A DNA stretch of 64,000 bases. Origin: Eledone cirrhosa (taxonomy: Eukaryota). A model generated the notes under the pieces. It was given only the letters and a program-made list of their open reading frames with translations. It searched no databases and was not told the origin of the DNA. The translations under genes and the position numbers were made by a program. This document shows positions 15,465 to 27,781 of this stretch, piece by piece (within the stretch, counting starts at the first letter, position 1; each line of letters opens with the position of its first letter). The stretch covers positions 4,340,001 through 4,404,000 of the forward strand of contig OZ024747.1 in NCBI GenBank assembly GCA_964016885.1, read 5' to 3'.

Positions 15465-15673
15465 ATAACTGTGAAGACTAAAATCCAAAGAGGGCTCAAT
15501 AAGGATAAATATATACCAAATATATAAGAACCATAGAGCAAACATTTATTAAAATAACAGATTAAAGTTTAAGAAAAGAATCACTGCTTTCACCCTTAAC
15601 GGGATCTTCAGAAGATCCCATTAAGGGTGAAAGCAGTGATTCTTTGCTTAAACTTTAGTCTGTTATTTTAATA
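15465..15673. mobile_element. Fold-back Penelope-like remnant (palindrome 15547-15673) with partial hammerhead core
   Basis: Palindrome centred at 15610. Minus strand reads CTGAAGA t ccc gttaa ggg t GAAA gc. A related single-arm copy lies at 56860-57020. Confidence 0.65.
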
Positions 15674-15719
15674 TATATATATATAACATACATATTCATT
15701 TATTATGGCTGAATAGTGA

Positions 15720-15815
15720 GTCTTATTACTCTAGAGATCACCTGATTATCACAGGGTCATCAGACAAGAACTGTTCTTGATTGATGACCCTGCGATAAAC
15801 AGATGAAACTCTACT
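15720..15815. mobile_element. Diverged small fold-back with two degenerate hammerhead copies
   Basis: Minus: tcttgt CTGATGA c cctg..cagg t GAT ctctagag TA ataaga. Plus: TTGATGA ccctg..cagat GAAAC tcta. Confidence 0.6.
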
Positions 15816-16494
15816 TCGGTATTGAGTACTCCTTTTTCTCAGCTGTCAACCACATACGGATATATGTATATATGTGAGCGTGTGTGTGTGTTAATTTCTA
15901 TTAAACATTATATAATACTAGCAGAAAAACCACCCTTCGGCTGGTTTTCTGCTAGCATGTGTAGTGTGTATATTGATATTATACCCAAGTATATATACAT
16001 GTAGATATGATACATCAAATAAAATCTTATTTGACAATATACACAGAAATTGAAGGAAGACTGTGTTACACTGTCTTATGTAATCGACAAAGTAATCCAT
16101 GATACATTAAAAAAAGACGATATTATATATAAACTACATTAGGAGAAAATTAGTGACGGAAATATATGAATATTTATTTAAGCGATCGCTAACCGGAAGT
16201 GTTGACATTTGAAAATTTTAAAGAAGTGAATCTTTAAATAAACAAAATATATTTAATCAACAGCTGCGAAATTTAGTAGATAAATTATGTAATATTCATT
16301 CATTATTTATTCAAAGTAATCCAACTTATTTTACTAATGGGATAAAAAATTATAAACTGTATGCAGACCTGCACTCCTTACTTTATTATAGTTTAGATAT
16401 ATTGAATATTACGTATATATTGCACATTACGTATTATATATTACACGTATGCATAATACACATTTTTTTTTAAATGTGAATATAATGACATATT

Positions 16495-16712
16495 TTAACC
16501 CTTTAGCATTCACATTGCTCTATATATACTATTATATTTTCATGGTAAAGGCTTTACCTCGCATAATTATGTCAGATAATATCGAAGCTATGAGATTTTG
16601 AAAGTATTTATTTTGAGAACAATACCTTAACATCAGTATGAGTGGCCAATTACAGCCAGTTTCAACAGAAAGGGGTAGAGAATTCTGGCTGGTTTGAACA
16701 TTAAAGGGTTAA
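16495..16712. mobile_element. piggyBac-like MITE
   Basis: TTAA-ccctttagcattc ... gaacattaaaggg-TTAA. Homologous copies at 32795-32987 and 47307-47534. Confidence 0.75.
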
Positions 16713-17576
16713 ATGGATGCCATAACTTTTCCTCAATATTTCTGTTTGGACTCATCTCAGATCACGTCACCATACAAATACAACCCAGACAATTTTAATG
16801 AAGTCTCAATATATTTGATATCTGCTGGTTAAGCACTTAACTCTTTCATGACCCCATTTCTAATTAAATACACTCTATTTTAATTAATTAATTTTGAAGG
16901 ATTTACTAAAATTATTAATTATTTCATTACTAAGATAGTAACTTAATGTAAGGTTCTTGTATAAATTATGTAGGAAGATTTTAATTTAAATCGGAAACCT
17001 TTAAAATGAGTGGTTTTATTTCATAGAACCAGAGCTGGTTTTGGCCAGGTTGGTAACTAAAGGTTTCAAGGGGTAAATGCATTATAGCTAGAGCAGTAAT
17101 AAGTGTGTCTTATACTTTTCTGTATCTAATTTCTATATAAGAGACAGGAACAAGTGACAGTTTTACTGATAAGGTTTGAACTATGTATTTATTACATGGC
17201 AGCAACCATGTTATTGATTATATTACAGAATGCCTAGAAATTCTATCTTCTCAAATATTCATTCCATTTCACTTAGCCATTCTTAATTCCCTGCTGGATG
17301 AAGCCTCATTAAGCCATCCTCAGCTTATCTGTATAATGTGAGGGTCAATGAACCAATTGTGGGTCTGTGGGATTGTTCTCATCATTAGATGATTAACCCA
17401 GGTGATCAGTGAATTCAGAATGCAAAGAGTCGAGGCAGGCAAAGTATTTCATTCAGCACTTTAATAATTTCACCTATTCAAACTTGAACAGGGCCATCAA
17501 TAGGATTTGTTTCTGTTGGTGGAATTTGATCTCAGAATACCAACAGTTAGAAGAGAGAGGACATCTTGTTTGACAC

Positions 17577-17952
17577 TCAAAGTGAAACCAGTGCAATATT
17601 CACCTCCAAAGTTAAACTGGTGTAATATTCACCTCCAAAGTGAACCAGTGTAATATTCACCTCCAAAGTGAAACCAGTGTAATATTCACCTCCAAAGTGG
17701 AACTGGTGTAATATTCACCTCCAAAGTGAAACTGGTGTAATATTCACCTCCAAAGTAAAACAGGTGTAATATTCACCTCCAAAGTGGAACTGGTGTAATA
17801 TTCACCTCCAAAGTGGAACTGGTGTAATATTCACCTCCAAAGTGAAACTGGTGTAATATTCACCTCCAAAGTGGAACTGGTGTAATATTCACCTCCAAAG
17901 TGGAACTGGTGTAATATTCTCCTCAGTATAATATTCTCCTACAAAGTGAAAC
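17577..17952. repeat. 29-bp minisatellite (gtgtaatattcacctccaaagtgraactg), ~12 copies
   Basis: Head-to-tail units with no spacers. Confidence 0.9.
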
Positions 17953-18219
17953 CCTTTTAGCACCCCATTTAAGTAGAATTTTGAAGTTGGTGAAACTCTG
18001 CCAACTATTGACTGTCAACATAAGCTGATCCCCCCTCCCCCATTTTACTATCAATTTTTGTTGCCACATATTTCTCAACTTCTGATTATATACAGTAATT
18101 CCTTCAAGCTGCTGCCTTTCACTAGCACTTTATTTATCCCAAGAGGCGGCAGAGTTGACCTAGCATAGAGAGCCAGAAAAATACCACAAGGTATTCTAGC
18201 GTCTCTGCTGATATGATAC

Positions 18220-18790
18220 TTGGCAGTATCGGTAGAGGTTCGGATGCCATGCTTTGCAGCATAGAGTTACGGCCCTTTACGGTCTAAGTACAAATCCCAC
18301 CGAGGTTCACTTTGTTTTTCATCCTTATGGAGTCGATAAAACAAAGTACCAGTAATGCACTGGAATAATTGCTGGCCTTGTGCCAAAAATAGAAACAATT
18401 ATTTTAACTCTACTAAGCACGGTGGCTGGGCAGTACCAGACAACCTGCATTGCAGCATGTAGCTACAATTCTTTACATTCTGAGTTCAAATCCCACTGAG
18501 ATTAGCTTTGTCTTTCGTCCTTATAAGGTTGATAAAATAAAGTACCAGTAACACACTGGTGTTGATTTAATAAACTTTCTCCTTTCCCAAAATCGTTGGC
18601 CTTGTGCCTAAATCGGAAACCCTTATTGCAACGTTTACATTCTGAGTTCAAATCCCAATAGGGTTAGCTTTTCTTTTCCTCATTACAGGGTCGATAAGAT
18701 AAAGTACCAGTAACACACTAGGGTTGATTTAATTGACTTTTAGCTTCTCTAGAGTTGCTGGCCTTGTGCCTAAATCGTAAACCATTATTT
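18220..18790 (+). mobile_element. Cluster of three SINE family A copies/variants
   Basis: Repeated gagttcaaatccc...ttcatcctta..gtcgataaaataaagtaccagtaa...ggccttgtgcc. Confidence 0.8.
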
Positions 18791-18900
18791 CAACTTACAA
18801 ACTACTTCATCGGTCACAGAAGTATATTCTCCTAATGTAAATATAGTGAGGTTTCCTGTCTTAGTTCTATAATTACAATGGTAATATACACTTGACTTAC

Positions 18901-19005
18901 CTGCTAAGATTTAAATGTCCATATTTCAGACCTTCTCAACACCAATTTGCCACAGACGAACTAAGATAAACACTCAGCTTGCATATTTACAACTTAGTCA
19001 AGCAG
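18901..19005 (-). other. Candidate non-coding (UTR/lncRNA) exon
   Basis: Acceptor gtttattacag| and a strong donor CAG|gtaagt. Stop codons occur in all three frames. Confidence 0.25.
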
Positions 19006-19403
19006 CTGTAATAAACTACAACACATTTGTCAATATCTCTACTAAACTCAGATATAAATGGTTTCTCCACCACCACTTGCTGACTATTCAACTATATTAT
19101 CACCACATCACAACTAAGTTAAGGTAATTTAACGTAGCAGTTAAATCTGTTATACACCATCATCACGTCTGCTTTTCCGTGCTTGCATGGGTTGGACATT
19201 AAAGAAAAATACATATACCGTATATATTTCTGCTATATCGAAATCTTTGTAATATCTCAAGCTTTATGTTTACTCATGTACTTACACTCATATATTTAAG
19301 TACATCTATACGTCTGTATCTATCTATACGTCTGTATAGAGCTAGTAAGATATGAGAGACTAAGTATAAAATGTTTTATTAGAAGGCTTCACATAAAAGA
19401 CTG

Positions 19404-19474
<71 letters not shown>

Positions 19475-19640
19475 CATAAAACTCTGTGTGTGTGTAATAG
19501 AGTTTTATGTGAAGCCTTCTAATAAAACATTTTATACTTTACACGTTGTTTCAAACAAACAATGCCCTCTTATACTGTATATGTATGAGTGCGTGTATGT
19601 GTGTATTCATGTATATGTGTATACATGTATATATATATAC

Positions 19641-19972
19641 GGAGGTACATGGCTTAGTGGTTAGAGCATTGGGCTTGCAATCAAAAGGTTGTGAGTTCAA
19701 TTCTCAGACTGGGTGATGTGTTGTTTCCTTGAGCAAGACACTTTATTTCACATTGCTCCAGTTTACTCAGCTGTAGAAATGAGATAAGGACTGCAGTCCC
19801 TATCATTCCACTGCAAAGTGGTCGTGGAGGTGCCACGGCAAAAAAGCACCCAGCACTGTAAATGATGTTGGTGTTAGGAAGGGCATCCAGCTGTAGAAAT
19901 CAAGTCAGAATCAGTTCCCGTCCCACCCTTGCAAGCAGGGAAAAGCGGACGTAAAATGATGATGATGATGAT
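19641..19972 (+). mobile_element. SINE family B with RTE-LINE-derived 3' tail and (GAT)n end
   Basis: tRNA-like head. The tail ccactgcaaagtggtcgtggaggtgccacggcaaaaaagcacccagc...ggaagggcatccagctgtagaaatcaag is shared with the LINE 3' UTR at ~59985-60140. Confidence 0.85.
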
Positions 19973-20501
19973 ATATATATATATATATATAAACATATAT
20001 GTACATATATAAACATATTAAACTTAAATCTCAATTTGGGGCGTTACAAGCTAGACCAGCTAATGTGTGTGTGTACACACACATATATACATACATATAT
20101 ATATATATAGATATATATATATATTGGTTGGAAACTGATTATTCACCTCATTGCTATTGTCAGGTTTTGCTTATGCATGTTCTTTCAGTCATCTGAATAA
20201 ATAAATATACTCCATATCATATGCTTGGCCAGACTGGAGAATTCTCTCCATTCTATATAGTCACCATTCCATTGCCAAATACATTACACAGCATATTGGG
20301 TCCTTTCTATCATGGCACCAATGCTGTCTTGATGTCTTCCATTTTGGCGGAAGTAATTTTGTCTGCCGTGGGCTACTAGAACTCTGCACTCCATATAGTG
20401 TCCAATCTTTTGTCATATTTACTTTTAGTGTCACAGTGCTTAGTGTTACAGTGCTTAGTGTCACAGTGCTTAGTGTCACAGGTCTTTGGTAGGAGGGAAA
20501 T

Positions 20502-20703
20502 CTATGAAGGATGGCTGAAAAGTTCATTAGTTGACCAGTACACTCTCATGGTGTGGCCAAATGAGGTCTATCTTTCAACATAGTCCCTGGAAAGAAACAA
20601 TGCAGCTATTAAGAATAAGAGTTGAAATTTATACATGCAAGATTTCACAGCATTAGCATCACTCCTTCATAGTTAGCCAATGAACTTTTCATCTGACCGT
20701 TGT
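20502..20703. mobile_element. Mariner-like MITE
   Basis: Imperfect TIRs tgaaaagttcattagttgac / gttagccaatgaacttttca. Confidence 0.55.
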
Positions 20704-20844
20704 GCCTGTCAATTCAATCCTGTTTTGTCATCTTTAAGATGTTCAGTTACTTGAAAACATTCTTTACATCATCGTGCTAAGTCTACCTTGGTCTCCCTCT
20801 ACCACGTGTGCCTTGTGCCTATATAATAAACCATTATTATTACA

Positions 20845-21025
20845 GTCAATATCGGTAGAGGGTCTGACGCCATGCTTTGCAGCATAGAGTTAGGGCCCTT
20901 TATGGTCTGAGTCCAAATGCCACTGAGGTTAACTTTGCCTTTCATCCTTACGGGGTCGATAAAATAAAGTACCAGTAATGCACTGGTTAATTGCTAGCCT
21001 TGTGTCAAAAGTAGAAACAATTATT
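20845..21025 (+). mobile_element. SINE family A
   Basis: Matches the family consensus and ends tagaaacaattatta. Confidence 0.85.
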
Positions 21026-21029
21026 ATAG

Positions 21030-22250
21030 GTATTGTTTCTGTCCTCATTATCCATCTTCCGATTATTTCTCTCTAGATCTTTATATTTGGACAGTTTCTC
21101 CATTTGCTAGATAAATAATATATTAGCGACTGTGAGGATTGATATATCAATTAGAAGAAATTGTTATTTTCTTTGTAGTCTTTAACTATAATATCCGGTC
21201 GGTTGGCTTTGATCTCCCTGTCTCTGTGTAATAGCATATCCCAGAGAATGGTTGCTTTTTCATTCTCTGACACCTTTTCACTGCAGTTACTTACTATGTT
21301 CTGCTTCATTATGTACTTCTGGTGAGGAGGCTTTGATCTTGTGCTGCAATTAGAAATCCTTCCATCTCAGCTTTTAGCCAGTTTTGTGAGGTTTGCTTGT
21401 CTACTTTCTCTCTATTCTGCTTTTTCGAGTATTAGCCATATGGGGGGGGGGGGGGGGTTATTGTTGTTTTCTTTTGCCATCGTTTTAACATGGCTTTCTG
21501 GTGGTTTGTTTTCAATTTATATTCTATGTTTTTCACAATTTTGGTTTTCATTTTCCTCATCATTATCTGTTAATCTGGCAATCACCACATGGTGGTGGAT
21601 TGGCAGTATCGGTAGAGAGTCGGACGCCATGCTTTGCATCAAAGAGTTACGGCCCTTTATAATCTGAGTTCAAATCCCGCCGAGGTTAACTTTGCCTTTC
21701 ATCCTTACGGGGTCGATAAAATAAAGTACCAGTAATGCACTGGGTAATTGCTGGCCTTGTGCCAAAAGTAGAAACAATTATCTGTTAATCTGGCTTCTGT
21801 TTTGGAATTTTTTGGTTTCTTTGAAGACAGAGAACAATTATTCATGTTTCATGGTTATTTCTATTAACTTCCTTTGCTCTTCATAAGATATTTTTATAGT
21901 ATTACAATAGTTATTTTATAACAGTTTTCTAGTTGCATAAGACTCCATCCACCTTCATAGAAGGTATAATCTTTCTACATCTGATTTTGGATGGTGTATT
22001 CTAAATGCAGTTATTATTTTTCTTGTTTTTCCTGTCTATTCCAGCTAGTTCTTTTACTGTCCAGTTTAGAATATTAAAACTGTAGTTTACTGCTTAGTAT
22101 TGATGCCAATTACCTTATTATTTACATTTAGTTCAGTTTTAAGTAATACTCTAATCTTTCTATAGTATTCCTTTCTAATCTTTTCTTTCATCTTTGTGTG
22201 TTGAACCTTGTCTGTTGATTCCTAAGTAGTTGTATGTCTGTGTTTGTAAA
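21030..22250 (-). mobile_element. Decayed R4/Dong-like non-LTR retrotransposon 3' fragment (RT C-terminus plus restriction-like endonuclease)
   Basis: Broken frames read YSFNILNWTVKELAGIDRK..RKIITAFRIHHPKSDVERLYL and LWDMLLHRDREIKANRPDIIVKD..LIDISI..EKLSKYKDLE. Confidence 0.75.
21580..21780 (+). mobile_element. SINE family A inserted in the R4/Dong fragment, 18-bp TSD
   Basis: attatctgttaatctggc at 21562-21579 and 21777-21794. Confidence 0.9.
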
Positions 22251-22277
22251 TGGAACAGAATTATTATTATAATCATT

Positions 22278-22890
22278 ATCAGTAGAGTGTTGTACAACAC
22301 ACTTTGCAGCATAGAGGTATGGCCCTTTATGTTCTGAGTTCAAACTCCACCAATGTTAGCTTTACTTTCATCCTTACAGAGTTGATAAAATAAAGTACCA
22401 GTAATGTACTGAGGTTGATTTAATCAACCCATTTCCCCAAACAAGAAGAAAAAAATTGTTGGCCTTGTGCCTAAATCAGAAACTATTATTATAAGTGGAT
22501 TGGCAGTATCGGTAGAGGGTTGGGCACCATGCTTTGAAGCATAAAGTTACATCCCTTTATGATCTGAGTTCAAATCCCGCCGAGGTTAACTTTGCCTTTC
22601 ATCCTTATGGGGTCGATAAAATAAAGTACCAGTAATGCACTGGGATAATTGCTGGCCTGGTGCCAAAAGTAGAAACAATTATTATAATATAGTGCGGTGG
22701 ATTGGCAGAATTGTTAGTGTGTCAGACAAAGTTATGGCCCTTTACATTCTGAGTTCAAGTCCTGCCAAAGTCAACTTTAGTGTTCATCCTTCTGAGGTCA
22801 ATAAAATTAGGAATCAGTAATTTACATGGGTAAATATAAACTTTTCCTTCCCCCTAATTACTGGCCTTGTGACATAATTAGAAATCTTTA
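22278..22890 (+). mobile_element. Three tandem SINE family A copies/variants
   Basis: Family core repeated three times, separated by (ATT)n. Confidence 0.8.
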
Positions 22891-23367
22891 TTATAAGATA
22901 CATAAGCCGTAAGGTGGATCTTGATGAAAGAGTCTATCTTATGATATCTGCACTTCACCTCCCTTAAACTATAGAGTACTAAGTTGAATAATATAGACAA
23001 GTTATTCCAAGGAATAGTACCAATACCGATTGACAGAATCAGTAGAACATTGATCAAACACACATATATATATATATGTATATATAGGTGACACAACAAA
23101 AAGCTCCCAGTCCACACTGTAAATGTGATTGGTGTTAGGAAGGGCATTCAGCCGTAGAAAACTTGCCAGAAACAGTTCTGTACGAACGAGACACGGTCAC
23201 CTGACCAATCTTGCCTTATGTAGGACAAACCCATCCAACCCATGCTAGTATGGAAGATGGACGTTAAACAATGATGATGATGATGATATGTGTATATATA
23301 TATGTGTTTGTTTGTGTATATATGCATATTTATATATATATATATATATATGTGTGTGTATTTGTGG

Positions 23368-23407
<40 letters not shown>

Positions 23408-23413
<6 letters not shown>

Positions 23414-23685
23414 ATTATGTAATAAACAACATAAGGCAATTATTCCATTTACCAGTGGTTTCTTAAAAGCAAAAGGTTTTGCTTTCAATCCTCAGAATGA
23501 AAAATCCTGGTTTTCCAGGATTTTTCATTCTGAGGATTGAAAGCAAAACCTTTTGCTTTTAAGAAACCACTGGTAAATGGAATAATTGCCTTATGTTGTT
23601 TATTACATAATAATAATAATTAAGCTCTGTTGCATACATAGAGCACTCTTTTTTCCTGGACTTTTCCGATGGAATTACTTCATTT

Positions 23686-23690
<5 letters not shown>
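23408..23690. mobile_element. Perfect fold-back element (103-bp arms 23408-23510 / 23515-23617, TTTT loop) with an intact hammerhead on each strand and a one-sided tail
   Basis: Plus 23524-23581: ttcatt CTGAGGA ttgaaagcaaaa cc ttttgcttttaa GAAAC cactg GTA aatgga. Mirror copy at 23444-23501 (-). Confidence 0.85.
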
Positions 23691-23745
<55 letters not shown>

Positions 23746-23804
23746 ACATATCTATCTATATCTATATATGTATATATATATACACACATACATATCTATC
23801 TATC

Positions 23805-23836
<32 letters not shown>

Positions 23837-23854
23837 CACACATACATATCTATC

Positions 23855-23886
<32 letters not shown>

Positions 23887-24179
23887 TACACATACATATC
23901 TATCTATCTATATATATATATATATAATATATATGTATGTGTGTGTCTGTGTGTGTATTTGTGTGTGTGTGTGTATATATATATATATACACACACAGAG
24001 ATGGCAGATCTTAATAAATAGGATCCAACAATCTGGTTCTGATTCTCACGGGAACTCTTTACTCCATGTAAGTCTCTGGAGAAGGATGCACATTATCAGA
24101 ATTGTTCAATAAATATGAAGATTCATACTTTCATGAAATCAAAGTGATAAATCAATTTCAACACATGCATATAGCGCCA

Positions 24180-25825
24180 CCCACCCACCACTACTATCAC
24201 CTCCACCACCACTACCATCACCACCACCACTACCATCACCTCCACCACCACTACCATCACCTCCACCACCACTACCATCACCACCGCCACCACCACTACC
24301 ATCACCTCCACCACCACTACCATCACCACCACCACTACCATCACCTCCACCACCACTACCATCACCACCACCACTACCATCACCTCCACCACCACTACCA
24401 TCACCACCACCACTACTATCACCTCCACCACCACTATCATCACCACCGCCACTGCCATCACCTCCACCACCACTACCATCACCACCACCACTACCATCAC
24501 CACCACCACCACTACCATCACCACCACCACTACCATCACCTCCACCACCACTATCATCACCACCGCCACTGCCATCACCTCCACCACCACTACCATCACC
24601 ACCACCACTACCATCACCTCCACCACCACTACCATCACCACCACCACCACTATCACCTCCACCACCACTACCATCACCACCACCACTACCATCACCACCA
24701 CCACTACCATCACCACCACCACCACTATCACCTCCACCACCACTACCATCACCACCACCACCACTATCACCTCCACCACCACTACCATCACCACCACCAC
24801 TACCATCACCTCCACCACCACTACCATCACCACCACCACTACCATCACCTCCACCACCACTACCATCACCACCACCACTACCATCACCTCCACCACCACT
24901 ACCATCACCTCCACCACCACTACCATCACCACCACCACTACCATCACCTCCACCACCACTACCATCACCTCCACCACCACTACCATCACCACCACCACTA
25001 CCATCACCTCCACCACCACTACCATCACCACCACCACTACTATCACCTCCACCACCACTACCATCACCACCACCACTACTATCACCTCCACCACCACTAC
25101 CATCACCACCACCACTACCACCACTACCATCACCACCACCACTACCATCACCTCCACCACCACTACCATCACCACCACCACTACCACCACTACCATCACC
25201 ACCACCACTACCATCACCTCCATCACCACTACCATCACCACCACCCACCCACCACTACCATCACCACTACCATCACCTCCACCACCACTACCATCACCAC
25301 CGCCACCACCACTACCATCACCTCCACCACCACTACCATCACCACCACCACTACCATCACCTCCACCACCACTACCATCACCACCACCACTACTATCACC
25401 TCCATCACCACTACCATCACCACCACCCACCCACCACTACCACCACCACTACCATCACCACCGCCACCACCACTACCATCACCTCCACCACCACTACCAT
25501 CACCACCGCCACCACCACTACCATCACCTCCACCACCACTACCATCACCATCACCACTACCATCACCTCCATCACCACTACCATCACCACCACCCACCCA
25601 CCACTACCATCACCTCCACCACCCACCACTACCATCACCTCCACCACCCACCATCACCTCCACCACCCACCCACCACCATCCAACACCATCCCCACCACT
25701 ACCAACCACCACCACCACTACCATCACCCCCCACCACCATCCCCACCACTACCAACCACCATCACCACCGCCACAACCACTACCTTCACCTCCACTACCC
25801 ACCTACCACTACCACCACTACCACG
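24180..25825. repeat. (CAC/TAC/CAT)n trinucleotide-derived satellite
   Basis: Direct reading. Confidence 0.95.
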
Positions 25826-25884
25826 CGCATATATATATATATATACACATATATACACGTATATATACATATATATATATATAT

Positions 25885-27178
25885 TTCTTTTATTTGCCAC
25901 TAGGGCATCAAAAGTGGGACAAGTACAAAGGGGGGAGTTTACACAAAAAGGCGTCCTCAATAAGGAGGAGGCAATAACAAAATATAAAAATAAAATAAGA
26001 TATAACAAAAAATAAAATTTTTAACAAAATCCTCAATAGAGAGGAGGCGCCTTGGGGGGTCGCACACACCCCCGAAAAAAGTGTGCAACCCTTCTCCTCA
26101 GGAGCACAGAGAAGGGGTGCTCCCTTGGTCTTTCATCTTCCTCACCTATAGTCTGATGTAGAGTGAAGGCCCATTCACACGGGCCATTCTCGCCACTTTC
26201 ACCCATCTTTCATAGAAACGGCTGGGGTGCAGCACCTCTCTCTCCATCCTGATCCTTCTTCCGAAATGATATCGGAAGAAACGGACCAGTTGTTGGCCAG
26301 AGAGAAAGGTGCCTGACCTCAGTCCTTTCAGACGCGTCCACCATACAACCTCTTTCGCCATGGCTATTACGCACAGAAACACCGCCTCTGCTTCATCTTT
26401 GAAGGGGGGAGGCGGCTTGATCATTACAATAGACTCGGTGGTCAACCGGATCGGTTCCACCCTTGACAGCAGTTGTTCGACATAGCCCCACAGATCGGCT
26501 ACGCCCGAGCAGTGTACCAATGCGTGTGCAACGGTTTCCTCGTCGCACACGCATCTGGGACAGATCTTTTTGGCGGGGTCCCTACCCGGGCGCCCGTGTC
26601 TGTAGAGCCTTTCTCGAACGGGTAAAGCCCCTCGGTAGCACTGCCAGGCCAGGGACTTCTGGAAGTTGTCCATAGGTCCCGGGCTGAATGTCCTACCGAA
26701 CAGGCTGGCCAGTTCGTCCTCCTCCATGTCTAGGGCTTCTCCGAGGGCGTCGTCGCACCTGCTGCGTACCAGCCCTCTATAGAATGTTGCGGTGGAGTCT
26801 CCACTGATAACCGGATCCGCCTGCCAGAGGGCGGTGAGCGCCTGGGCACACTCAGTGTGCCAGGCGCCCAGTTTTCTCGGTCTTTGCTTGACCCAGGATT
26901 GCAGCTCGGTGAGTGAGACGAGTCTGGGAAAGGTTCGCCTCACAAACGAGGCCCACACCGGTTGTCCGGTGAGGAATACGTAGAGGTGCCGTAGCCTTAA
27001 TGCGTGTTTACGCATCATTAGCCACGGCATCCCCAGCCCTCCTTTCGAAGGGTGTTGACAGCAGATGGATCTCCTCACCATAGGAGCCCGCCTCTTCCAA
27101 AGGAATTGGAAGAGCGCGCGCTCCATCTTGGTGAGGGTTTCCCTTGGGCAGGGCACTACGGTCAGGCGGTAGTAGAAT
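25885..27178 (-). mobile_element. 5'-truncated Tx1/L1-clade LINE (ORF2 C-terminus 26146-27177 plus 3' UTR)
   Basis: Uninterrupted frame: [54 protein letters not shown] (zf-RVT-like CCHC). Confidence 0.9.
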
Positions 27179-27179
27179 A

Positions 27180-27212
27180 CATATATATATATACACGTAT
27201 ATATACATATAG

Positions 27213-27243
<31 letters not shown>

Positions 27244-27249
27244 TACACG

Positions 27250-27291
<42 letters not shown>

Positions 27292-27297
27292 TACACG

Positions 27298-27339
<42 letters not shown>

Positions 27340-27344
27340 TACAC

Positions 27345-27383
<39 letters not shown>

Positions 27384-27459
27384 TACACGTATATATACAT
27401 ATATATATATACACGTATATATACATATAGATATATATATATATACACATATATACACG

Positions 27460-27495
<36 letters not shown>

Positions 27496-27501
27496 TACAC
27501 G

Positions 27502-27551
<50 letters not shown>

Positions 27552-27601
27552 TACACGTATATATACATATATATATATATATATATACACATATATACAC
27601 G

Positions 27602-27649
<48 letters not shown>

Positions 27650-27680
27650 TACACGTATATATACATATATATATATACAC
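27180..27680. repeat. TA-rich minisatellite (atacacatatatacacgtatatatacat unit)
   Basis: The same unit occurs on the other side of the Tx1 insertion at 25830-25885. Confidence 0.85.
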
Positions 27681-27781
27681 ACAATGTAGATATATAATGC
27701 TGTTGTGGCATTATAGCAGGCAGAGATAATGGCAATGTTGATGATGTTATTAGTAGAATTCACATTTTTTTAACCTTAGGT

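Noticed and set aside
17577-17952. CRISPR-like 29-bp repeats (also the 40-bp array at 49806 and the 25-bp array at 62099)
   Set aside because: Units are contiguous with no unique spacers, there are no cas genes, and the context is eukaryotic.
24102-26015. His-rich and Gly/Asp/Ser-rich ORFs (also 43592-44504)
   Set aside because: (CAC/TAC)n simple repeats.
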